IMG/VR virus record: IMGVR_UViG_3300035698_018106
Coordinates: 38,717 to 102,716 of that record
Length of the DNA stretch: 64,000 nucleotides
Direction: 5' to 3' (one strand)
DNA from: a virus
Each line of letters starts with the position of its first letter. Within the stretch, counting starts at the first letter, position 1. This document shows, piece after piece, positions 9,614-17,923 of the stretch. Below the pieces are notes generated by a model that did not search any database, was not told the DNA's origin, and was given only the letters and a program-made list of their open reading frames with translations. Both the position numbers and the translations under genes were made by a program.

Positions 9614-9928
9614 TATTTCATCAAAATTTCTATGTTCACCTTTATTAATAGGAATACCTAAATTATATCTATTTCCCAACCTAGATGGTTGATTATTTTT
9701 CTTTTTTAATCTTTCTATAGCTTTTACATCTACTACTTCCACTCCATCTTTAACCATACTATTATATTGGTCTTCTTTAGGTGCTGGGTGAATATCTACT
9801 ATAGTATCTTCCTTTAAGATAGATGGATCAATATTATCTACCTCTTTTACTTTTGGATCATTCTTGAGCCTCTGAAGCATTTCTGTACCCTTTGAAACTT
9901 TATTAATTTCATCTAAGTTTTTTATCAC
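9611..9928 (-). CDS. Hypothetical protein
   Basis: 105 aa ORF. Confidence 0.4.
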   Translation of the reverse strand: MIKNLDEINKVSKGTEMLQRLKNDPKVKEVDNIDPSILKEDTIVDIHPAPKEDQYNSMVKDGVEVVDVKAIERLKKKNNQPSRLGNRYNLGIPINKGEHRNFDEI

Positions 9929-10023
9929 CTTTGGTTTAGGCGCCTTTTTCTTAAGAGGATCAACCCGACGTTTTTTACGAGTTTTTTTAGGGATAGAGAA
10001 TTCCTCAGGATTATCTACTACCC

Positions 10024-11328
10024 CTAAGCTTTTTTTGGTTCTTTCTTTGCTTTCTTATCTTCTTTTATCAATTTACCAAAGCTATAGATATCTCCATTAG
10101 AATCAATATATTCTTTTTTAAGATGCCATCCTCTTGTACGAACTAATGGTTTCTTTGGAATTGAATTATCTAATATCTCCATCTTTACTTTAGTAGTTTT
10201 CGGTTTTATATTTATTTCCGGTACTATTGGTTTTAAAATTACCCCTGGAATATCTTTATTAATTTTTTCAGCTACTTCTTTTGGAATTACTATTTTTTTA
10301 GATTCTACTTTATGATTAATACCATCAATTACTAATTCAGTTTTTTGTTTTTGGTCTACATTTTCTAGAGCAACATCTAATAAATCACGGCCATCTTTAA
10401 TTGATTCTCCAATTACAGGTGCAACTGTTTCATTTACCCGGGGAATTTTTAAATCCGTTGATTTTTTAAGTTTATCTTGTAATTCTACTTCTTTTACATT
10501 ATCATCAACATATTCACCATATATTTTATTTACTTTTTCAGTAAAACCAGGTTGTTGTTTTATAGAAGTATCTACGTATTGTTTTTCTTCATTAATATAT
10601 GATAAATTTTGTGTAGGAAAATCAACTACTATTTGATCATGTAAAACATCTATACCTCCTTCTCCTTTTTTACTATGCTTTTCTGCTAATGAAGGAGGTC
10701 CTTCATTAGATAATATTTCTTCTGCTAAATTAGTAAGTCTTGATTCTTTTGATGGTATTTTCAATATTGGAGCAGATGGTTTATTATCTTCTATAACTTC
10801 TTTAATAGGTTCAGAATCTCCATCTTTTATTTTATTAAATGATTCTGTATTAGATTGTTCATCTTTAAGTTTTAAGTTATCTGCAACTAAAGCAGTCATT
10901 CCTAAAGCTACAACTGGTAATAATGCTCCAGAAATCCATGATATTATAACTTTAATCATTTCTGGTCCATCAGCTTCTACCCAAAATAATATTGATCTTT
11001 GCCAATATGTCCAATCCATTGAAGTACTAACATCCATAAATTTAAATGATGCATAAACATTTGCAGTTACTTGCAAGGCAGTTAATAAAATCATTAAAAA
11101 CCAGGGCAGAAAATTATTCTTATTATCCGACATTAATATCGAAAATAATACAGTTGCTTGTCCTACTTCATATGTTATACCAAGAAGTACAGCCAGCCAC
11201 ATTTTATTAGCTAATTCGAAAAATGTAATAGAATGTAATGTTGATACAAAACCAACACACACATATAACAAAAAGAATGCTATTATAAGTCCCCAATAGA
11301 GACTTTTACTATTTCTTAAACTATTCAT
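10024..11328 (-). CDS. Integral membrane protein
   Basis: About four N-terminal transmembrane helices, then a hydrophilic K/E-rich C-terminal region. Confidence 0.45.
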   Translation of the reverse strand: MNSLRNSKSLYWGLIIAFFLLYVCVGFVSTLHSITFFELANKMWLAVLLGITYEVGQATVLFSILMSDNKNNFLPWFLMILLTALQVTANVYASFKFMDVSTSMDWTYWQRSILFWVEADGPEMIKVIISWISGALLPVVALGMTALVADNLKLKDEQSNTESFNKIKDGDSEPIKEVIEDNKPSAPILKIPSKESRLTNLAEEILSNEGPPSLAEKHSKKGEGGIDVLHDQIVVDFPTQNLSYINEEKQYVDTSIKQQPGFTEKVNKIYGEYVDDNVKEVELQDKLKKSTDLKIPRVNETVAPVIGESIKDGRDLLDVALENVDQKQKTELVIDGINHKVESKKIVIPKEVAEKINKDIPGVILKPIVPEINIKPKTTKVKMEILDNSIPKKPLVRTRGWHLKKEYIDSNGDIYSFGKLIKEDKKAKKEPKKA

Positions 11329-11336
11329 ATTTTAAT

Positions 11337-11708
11337 TTATTTTACAGATATTGTATCTGTTGGAGAGTTATTTTCTATTTTAATAGTAGTATTTTTACGA
11401 ACTTTTTCGGCTGTTGATTGAACAGCAGCCGCCCGTTTATTAGCTCCATCTTTTTCGGATTTAGCTAATTTAACTTCATAAGATAATCTTTGATTATCAT
11501 CCTCACATTCTCCTAATCTTAATAAGAGAGTATCTGCTTCTGCACCATATATACGATCCAACGAATCTGATGTATAAATCAACTCTTTATTTATTCTTTT
11601 AATCTTCATGTTTCTATTACAACTCTGAAAACTTTTTAATACAAATAAAATTGCTAATGCAATTGCAACATATCGTAGATTTTTCTGAAAAAATTGTTTA
11701 ACTGCCAT
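11337..11708 (-). CDS. Secreted protein or lipoprotein with a coiled-coil
   Basis: N-terminal signal-like hydrophobic segment ending FQSC. Confidence 0.35.
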   Translation of the reverse strand: MAVKQFFQKNLRYVAIALAILFVLKSFQSCNRNMKIKRINKELIYTSDSLDRIYGAEADTLLLRLGECEDDNQRLSYEVKLAKSEKDGANKRAAAVQSTAEKVRKNTTIKIENNSPTDTISVK

Positions 11709-11752
11709 TTAATGTTTATTTTATATATTCACTATTTAAATATTATATCACT

Positions 11753-11781
11753 AAAAAGGACTCGCGATTCGAGTCCTTTTT
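11753..11781. terminator. Rho-independent terminator, followed on the minus strand by TTTTTAGTGATATAAT
   Basis: GGACTCG-CGATT-CGAGTCC hairpin flanked by A5 and T5. Confidence 0.7.
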
Positions 11782-11804
11782 AGTTATTTTATGAAATAAT
11801 ATGC

Positions 11805-12431
11805 TTATTTTTTACCAATTAAATCGTTTGCTGATGGAGCGGCAAATGTATCTGTTGCTTCTTTTTCTACACCATCTTCTTTCTCAAGATAAAAACCTTG
11901 AGACATTGCTGCAGCTTTATCTCCTAACCATTGTATATTTTTTAATTCCGCCCTGGCAATTTCTAATTCTTTACCTGACAATTCATACAAATTAATATAC
12001 ATTTCAGATACTTTTTCTAAAGCTTTAGCAGATTTTAATCCAAATCCTCCAGGATTAGATAATGCATAAAAAAGAAATTCCAATGCATGATAAGTAACAT
12101 TAAATGATTCCCCATCTTTATGTTTCTTTTTATTAGTTTTAAGTTCTTCACTCATTCGGATAACACCCATCCAACCGTTCTTTGTCCATTGAACATATTT
12201 ATCCATGAATTCTATAACAAAATCATATAATGCCATGGCTATATCAGGATTACCTAATTTAAATGATTTTATTTCAAACTCTCCTTTAGATGTTTCAAAA
12301 TCTTCCAATGCTGCTTTAACTTCTTCATCAGATGGTTTATTTAATGAAGCATCTTTATTAAGTTCAGCTATTTTAGCTTGAGCTTCTTTAATACTATTTA
12401 CTTCGATTTCTTTATTCTTACTTTTACTCAT
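11805..12431 (-). CDS. Hypothetical protein
   Basis: 208 aa. CATAAATA motif 9 nt upstream of the ATG. Confidence 0.45.
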   Translation of the reverse strand: MSKSKNKEIEVNSIKEAQAKIAELNKDASLNKPSDEEVKAALEDFETSKGEFEIKSFKLGNPDIAMALYDFVIEFMDKYVQWTKNGWMGVIRMSEELKTNKKKHKDGESFNVTYHALEFLFYALSNPGGFGLKSAKALEKVSEMYINLYELSGKELEIARAELKNIQWLGDKAAAMSQGFYLEKEDGVEKEATDTFAAPSANDLIGKK

Positions 12432-12654
12432 TATTATCTTTATTTATGTTTTTAAAATTTCCAGAGAATTTTTCCCAGTTTTTACTATAATTATTTTCTT
12501 CTATATTATATCGTCTCATCAAATAATTTACATCAGATGGATTTAAAGGATTTCTATCTATTTTATATTCGTTATAACATGATTTGCATCTAGCAAAATA
12601 CCAGAAAAACCAATAATTATAATTTCCACATTCACACTGTAATGATTCGTCCAT
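12424..12654 (-). CDS. Small Cys-rich protein
   Basis: CECGNYNYW...CKSC, possibly a zinc ribbon. Confidence 0.3.
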   Translation of the reverse strand: MDESLQCECGNYNYWFFWYFARCKSCYNEYKIDRNPLNPSDVNYLMRRYNIEENNYSKNWEKFSGNFKNINKDNNE

Positions 12655-12656
12655 TT

Positions 12657-13085
12657 TTAATAATTTAAAATAATATTTTTAAAATTAGAGTTGGAATTTA
12701 ACCTGTATATACATGTTTCTATTAATAATGGAACATTTTCTACTAATTTGAATTTTTTAATATCATTTAAAGGATATTTAAATATAACTTCATCTTCCAT
12801 TGTATTTAATGGTTTATCATATATTGCTGTAAAAACTTCAACTTTAAACTTATTATTGTCATTATTAATACCTTCCATATATCCAATATCAATTAAATTT
12901 GATATATCCACGCCAGCTTCTTCTTTGATTTCTCTTTCAGCTGCTTGTTTATATGTTTCGTTATATTCAACTTTTCCACCAATACCATTAAGACTTCCTT
13001 TTTGCCATTCAGGCTTGATCTTACTAATCAACCATACATTTTCTAAACAAGTTGTAAAAATAAAACAAACTACATATTCTTTCAT
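12657..13085 (-). CDS. Nudix hydrolase
   Basis: Nudix box GGKVEYNETYKQAAEREIKEEAGV (GX5EX7REUXEEXGU). Confidence 0.75.
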   Translation of the reverse strand: MKEYVVCFIFTTCLENVWLISKIKPEWQKGSLNGIGGKVEYNETYKQAAEREIKEEAGVDISNLIDIGYMEGINNDNNKFKVEVFTAIYDKPLNTMEDEVIFKYPLNDIKKFKLVENVPLLIETCIYRLNSNSNFKNIILNY

Positions 13086-13136
13086 ATATTTTAAATTTTA
13101 TATAACACTATAATAAAAAAGATTTATATAAATGAA

Positions 13137-13937
13137 TTAATTTTCTATTAAATATCCTTGTTCATGTTGGAAATGCCAATCTGATGCTAGTCCTTTAAAT
13201 AATCCTTTATATTCTTCTAACTCGGATCCAGATAATACAATTTCTTGTAAATTCTCTGTTTTAGTATTAATACATAATATAGATGATCTTTTAAATTTTT
13301 TCTTTGTATGAGCATACATTTCATCTAAAGCATTTGCATATCCACCTAGTTGATATTTATATTTAAGCTCTTTTACCGAACCTTTTTTAATGAATCCATT
13401 ACTAGTTTTATAATCTGTTACAGCTGGACCAAATATATTATCCATATAAACTACATCTGCTTTTCCTCTGTAAAAAAGTTTAGGAGACCAAATTCCTAAT
13501 TCGGACTTAACTAAACGAGTGAAATTATTAGCAAATTCAGAATAATAAAATTTATAAAATAATTCTCTACCTTCATTTATTTTATATTCTGGAATCTTTT
13601 CTTCATTTAGAAGAATAGTGGGTGTTATAGTTTGAGTTACTCTAAGTGCTTCAGATGGATCTTTTGATTTAGCTAAAGTATCAACAAAATTCTCTATAAA
13701 AAGATGCATTGCCGTTCCTCTATATCCTGCTTTTGTCATGATATCATCAGCCTTTTCTTTACCGATTTTTCTTACCCATTCTTCCATTTCTGGATCAGGT
13801 ATCATATCATTAATAATTGATGTAACACCCGGGGTTTTTATTTTAAAATCAACACCTTCTATATCAACATGACATTCAGGTAAATCTCTCCAACCTAAAG
13901 TCCATTTTACATCTTTTACATTAAAGTTTTTATCCAT
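13137..13937 (-). CDS. PD-(D/E)xK nuclease, RecB-family-like
   Basis: DYKTS motif plus a downstream YQLGGY (QxxxY) motif. Confidence 0.4.
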   Translation of the reverse strand: MDKNFNVKDVKWTLGWRDLPECHVDIEGVDFKIKTPGVTSIINDMIPDPEMEEWVRKIGKEKADDIMTKAGYRGTAMHLFIENFVDTLAKSKDPSEALRVTQTITPTILLNEEKIPEYKINEGRELFYKFYYSEFANNFTRLVKSELGIWSPKLFYRGKADVVYMDNIFGPAVTDYKTSNGFIKKGSVKELKYKYQLGGYANALDEMYAHTKKKFKRSSILCINTKTENLQEIVLSGSELEEYKGLFKGLASDWHFQHEQGYLIEN

Positions 13938-14407
13938 TCTATTATAAGATTAAACCATCCATATTTTAGTCCTGACCAAATCATTAATCCCCAAAATATT
14001 ATTTTTTTAAGTATCCATTTTATAGATAAATGATTAAAAGAGAACCTATACATAACTAAAAAAGATAATGTTAATTCGCCTTCTTCATTTTCAAATCTAC
14101 TAAATGATGGTTCAATACATTCAGCAAATCCTAATTCTTCATCTAGATATCTATGTAAAGGGGCTAATTGTTCCATTAGTCTAAGATGCATTACTTTATT
14201 AGGTAATTGAGATTCTGATTCTTCTATATCATGAGTAAAATAAACAGTATAAAAAGCATTAACTTTTAATTTCCATTTATTGAATTTAGAATTTAGATCT
14301 AATTCTTCACTTTTTAACATTCTTATCCAATCACGATAATTTATTACATCTCTATAAACTTTTGAAATACCCCAATTAGATGGTTTAAAAATTTTAAAAA
14401 TATTCAT
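13916..14407 (-). CDS. Hypothetical protein
   Basis: ORF. CATAAATA motif upstream. Confidence 0.4.
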   Translation of the reverse strand: MNIFKIFKPSNWGISKVYRDVINYRDWIRMLKSEELDLNSKFNKWKLKVNAFYTVYFTHDIEESESQLPNKVMHLRLMEQLAPLHRYLDEELGFAECIEPSFSRFENEEGELTLSFLVMYRFSFNHLSIKWILKKIIFWGLMIWSGLKYGWFNLIIEWIKTLM

Positions 14408-14454
14408 ATTGCTTTAATTGTTTTATGATGAAATATTATAATAGTTTCTATTAT

Positions 14455-15081
14455 TTATGATTCATTCTCTGTATAAGCTAACACTAAATCTGGATAATCC
14501 TTCTTTATGTTAATGGCAATATCTCTTTTAGCTTTTCTTAAGCGAGTTTTAACTGTTGCTGTTTTCATTCCTAAGTCATCAGCAATAGTTTGTAATTGTT
14601 TTTTGTTAACCATTCGTTCAATCATTACTGATTTATATGGTTCTTTTAAATTATTGATAGCTATTACTGACGCATCATATAATTCTTGGATAAGATCTTC
14701 ACCAGTTGGACCTATTACTTCTGTTTCAAATTCATATAATGGTGAATTTTTCTGGAGAGTTTTTGAATGGTTTTGAGATAATCTATCATGAGAAACAGAT
14801 TTATTCATCGCATGAATTTGTCCTAGAGCTTCGTTTTTTGCAATTGCATAAACCCATGTAGAAAAATTATATTTAGAATTATATTGTTCGATTTTTTCCC
14901 AAACTGAAATAAAAGTTTGAGATATTACTTCATTAATTATATCAATATCTTGAATATATTTATATGCAAATGTTAATAAACCAGGTTTCATCCTATCAAT
15001 TAATTCAGTAAATGAATGATTGTCTTTTCTTTCTATAAAATTTAATGCTATACTTTGTATTGATTGATTTCTTTTTTTCAT
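14455..15081 (-). CDS. RNA polymerase sigma factor, sigma-70 family (ECF-like)
   Basis: Region-2-like FSTWVYAIAKNEAL. Region 4.2 helix-turn-helix QLQTIADDLGMKTATVKTRLRKAKRDI. Confidence 0.7.
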   Translation of the reverse strand: MKKRNQSIQSIALNFIERKDNHSFTELIDRMKPGLLTFAYKYIQDIDIINEVISQTFISVWEKIEQYNSKYNFSTWVYAIAKNEALGQIHAMNKSVSHDRLSQNHSKTLQKNSPLYEFETEVIGPTGEDLIQELYDASVIAINNLKEPYKSVMIERMVNKKQLQTIADDLGMKTATVKTRLRKAKRDIAINIKKDYPDLVLAYTENES

Positions 15082-15231
15082 ACCTATGTATTTATGTTAT
15101 TTTAATTATCATTTGTATATAATAAGAAAAATAATCTAAGATTAATGCATATTATTCCTAGATACATTTTTCTTATGTATTAAAATATAGAATTTGGCCT
15201 AACGTTATTATACTCGAAAGTATTAAGGTTA

Positions 15232-15561
15232 TTAATCTTCAGGAACTACTTGCTCAACTAAAGTATTAATATTTTGTAATAGTTTTTCAACTCTTACATA
15301 AGGAAAATTTCCAATTACATTAATAACTTGTGTTAATGTATTGTGGTCCATTGTTGGAACATTAATTGCATTAATTAATCCTGCAATTTCATTAAAAGGT
15401 CTATCACCAATAGCTTTTAATACAGCCTGTTTAAGTTCTGGTTTTACTTTATATGTCGGAACATATGTATCAGTTTCAACTTCTTGACCTGGGTCAACTG
15501 CAGTAGTTACACCTTGTACTTCTTCAACTGTTTCAACTTTTTCAACTTTTTCTGTTGTCAT
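15232..15561 (-). CDS. Small acidic protein
   Basis: 109 aa with net negative charge. Confidence 0.35.
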   Translation of the reverse strand: MTTEKVEKVETVEEVQGVTTAVDPGQEVETDTYVPTYKVKPELKQAVLKAIGDRPFNEIAGLINAINVPTMDHNTLTQVINVIGNFPYVRVEKLLQNINTLVEQVVPED

Positions 15562-15656
15562 CTTTAAAATTTTAAATGTTTAATTATAATTACTTATTAT
15601 ATATGTTTGAATATTGTAAAAGTTTTAATTAATTACAATACTTAATTATTTTTAAC

Positions 15657-15917
15657 TCATTTGAATTCTTCTAAAATATCATGACCTGATATTTTACATA
15701 AATTCATATAATCCGGAATTTGTTTTCTTGTTATAATATAATTTTCGGATACAACGCCTGAAGATGGTTTATATTCAACTACATCTATCAACCATTCATC
15801 TGGTAAATCAATTGTACAAAATAATATCTTAAGAGGAGATCTGGTCTTAGATAATTCACAGATTTTTTTATATTTTATAAAATCTGATATGTGAGATAAA
15901 TTTTTACTAGTTCCCAT
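15657..15917 (-). CDS. Hypothetical protein
   Basis: 86 aa ORF. Confidence 0.3.
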   Translation of the reverse strand: MGTSKNLSHISDFIKYKKICELSKTRSPLKILFCTIDLPDEWLIDVVEYKPSSGVVSENYIITRKQIPDYMNLCKISGHDILEEFK

Positions 15918-16659
15918 TAATTGTGTTATTAATTAAATGTTTATATGTGCTAAATAATTCTCCTGGAGTTAATACATTAATAACGTCTTGAGTATCATAC
16001 ATTTTACCAGTTTCAGCATTTACAGTAATTGCCATTTTATCAATAGTAGCACATTTAACTATATGATAATCTTCTTCTTCTGATAATTCTAATATGAGAT
16101 AATTATCTCTAACTCTTGATTGAAATTCTAAATCGGCTTCATGTATATCTTCATTTCCTTCTAAATATTCTCTATCATCACCTTCCCTATTAGCTATTAG
16201 GCGGTTTTTTATTATATCCATAGGAAGATCTAAAAACAATGTTAAATCAGGATAAGGTAAATTTAAAAAGTTAAATTCAAGATGCATAATCCATTCACTA
16301 ATTTTATTAGCTTTATACGGGTCTAGATATTTTGCGGCTTGATATGCAACATTTGAAAACACATAACGGTCTAATATTACAACGTCATAATTCTCCATTT
16401 TTATTTTAAGTTCATCTAAATACTTAAATCTATCCATTGCATAGATATTTGCAACAAAATAAGGATCTACTTCGTCAACATTTCCAAATTCACCTCTAAG
16501 AAACTGGGCTATAATTTTACTAAAATCATTATGTCCATACATAGGAAAATGCAAGAAATCACAAGTTAATCCTTGATCTTCAATATGTTTTTTTACTATT
16601 TTTATTTGTGTAGATTTACCGGCTCCATCACAAGACTCGAGCACTATTAATTTACTCAT
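15907..16659 (-). CDS. tmk: Thymidylate or dNMP kinase
   Basis: P-loop LIVLESCDGAGKSTQ. Tmk-like overall layout. Confidence 0.55.
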   Translation of the reverse strand: MSKLIVLESCDGAGKSTQIKIVKKHIEDQGLTCDFLHFPMYGHNDFSKIIAQFLRGEFGNVDEVDPYFVANIYAMDRFKYLDELKIKMENYDVVILDRYVFSNVAYQAAKYLDPYKANKISEWIMHLEFNFLNLPYPDLTLFLDLPMDIIKNRLIANREGDDREYLEGNEDIHEADLEFQSRVRDNYLILELSEEEDYHIVKCATIDKMAITVNAETGKMYDTQDVINVLTPGELFSTYKHLINNTINGN

Positions 16660-16707
16660 ATTAAATATGTTTTTAATGTATTATTGAATTATTGAATTTA
16701 TAAATGA

Positions 16708-17079
16708 TTAGTCTTTTTTGAAAAATTCATAAATATTAGATATTAAATAAAAAGACGCTATACCTACAGTAGTAACTCCTAGGAAATTCCATGTAGTATC
16801 AAAAACTGTTTTTAATCCATATCCAAAACTTAAAGAATATATTGATAATCCAATAAGTGTTAATATTAATTCTACATTGTTTTTAAAATTAGTAACTTTA
16901 ATATCTATTGGATTTTCTTGTATATTCTGACCATCTAGTGCATCTAGTGGATGGTTAGTTATTTTATTTAAAACAGCTTCTCTTATTTCTCGTTCAGGAA
17001 TTGGAACTCCATCTTTAACAGCATTTAATCTATTAGCAAGCGCATCATTTTTTATCATCCTCATTCTTTTTAGTAGCAT
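16708..17079 (-). CDS. Membrane protein
   Basis: Two C-terminal transmembrane helices. Confidence 0.35.
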   Translation of the reverse strand: MLLKRMRMIKNDALANRLNAVKDGVPIPEREIREAVLNKITNHPLDALDGQNIQENPIDIKVTNFKNNVELILTLIGLSIYSLSFGYGLKTVFDTTWNFLGVTTVGIASFYLISNIYEFFKKD

Positions 17080-17524
17080 CTAGCTTCATAGATTGTCCTT
17101 TTGGAGATTTATCACTTTCTTTTTTTGTATCATTTTCTGATTCATTATCTCCTTTAGGTTCTTTGCTTTCAGCTGGTGTTTCTTCTTTATTATTTTTAGG
17201 AGATTTTGGGTCTGGGGATTCAGTTTCTGATGTTTTTATTTCACCAAACATTCCAGGTTTGAAGTCTTTAACTGATTTAACATCGGTTTGTAAATCATAT
17301 CCTGGTTTGAAAGAAGAACCTTCACCTTTAACTTCAATTTTAACTTCAGTTTTTCCTTTTTGATATTCCTTTTTTAACCAATCAAAACTTTTTCTGGTAG
17401 CGTCATCTGGTATAAGTATACCATCTTTTTCACTTCCACTAAGAAATCCTTTATCAGTATTTCCTTCCGCTTCTTCATGAAGTTTATTAATATAATCGTT
17501 CGCGTTAAAATTTCCTGCTTTCAT
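17045..17524 (-). CDS. Low-complexity K/E/S-rich protein
   Basis: 159 aa with a charged low-complexity C-terminus. Confidence 0.35.
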   Translation of the reverse strand: MKAGNFNANDYINKLHEEAEGNTDKGFLSGSEKDGILIPDDATRKSFDWLKKEYQKGKTEVKIEVKGEGSSFKPGYDLQTDVKSVKDFKPGMFGEIKTSETESPDPKSPKNNKEETPAESKEPKGDNESENDTKKESDKSPKGQSMKLDATKKNEDDKK

Positions 17525-17719
17525 AATATGATTTTATTTTATATATTTAAAAAATTGGCTCACACTAAGGCAGTGAGCCATTCTCCAGGAAATATTAACC
17601 TCTTAGGCTGCCATTTCCATTTCACTTAATTTGCCATTTAAAGCAGTTTTACAAAGTTAATCACTAATATATTCAATATCCGGTCAATACCAGGTCAGGC
17701 CCATATGTTGAAAAAATAA

Positions 17720-17760
17720 TGGTGGACCTGGGCGGAGTCGAACCGCCGTGTCGCATACTT
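17720..17760 (-). other. Truncated tRNA 3' end (T-arm, 3' acceptor strand, discriminator and CCA) with no matching 5' half
   Basis: The minus strand reads GGCGGTTCGACTCCGCCCAGGTCCACCA. No GGACCTG 5' acceptor strand within 100 nt. Lies in a GC-richer island. Confidence 0.55.
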
Positions 17761-17923
17761 ATTCTACAGCTATCTTGTCAACTTGTTAACAAGAATACTT
17801 TGTATTTTTATCTAATTATATATTCAATTATGTTTTTTATGTTTATGTATATAATATAATACATAATTGAAATTTGGTTATTAATAATGTGTTAAAATTA
17901 TATAACATGTTTGTTAAGAATGT

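Noticed and set aside
17700-17800. Complete tRNA gene on the minus strand
   Set aside because: The T-arm, acceptor 3' strand and CCA are perfect. No complementary 5' acceptor strand (GGACCTG), D-arm or acceptable anticodon arm exists within 100 nt upstream, so it is reported as a truncated tRNA remnant only.
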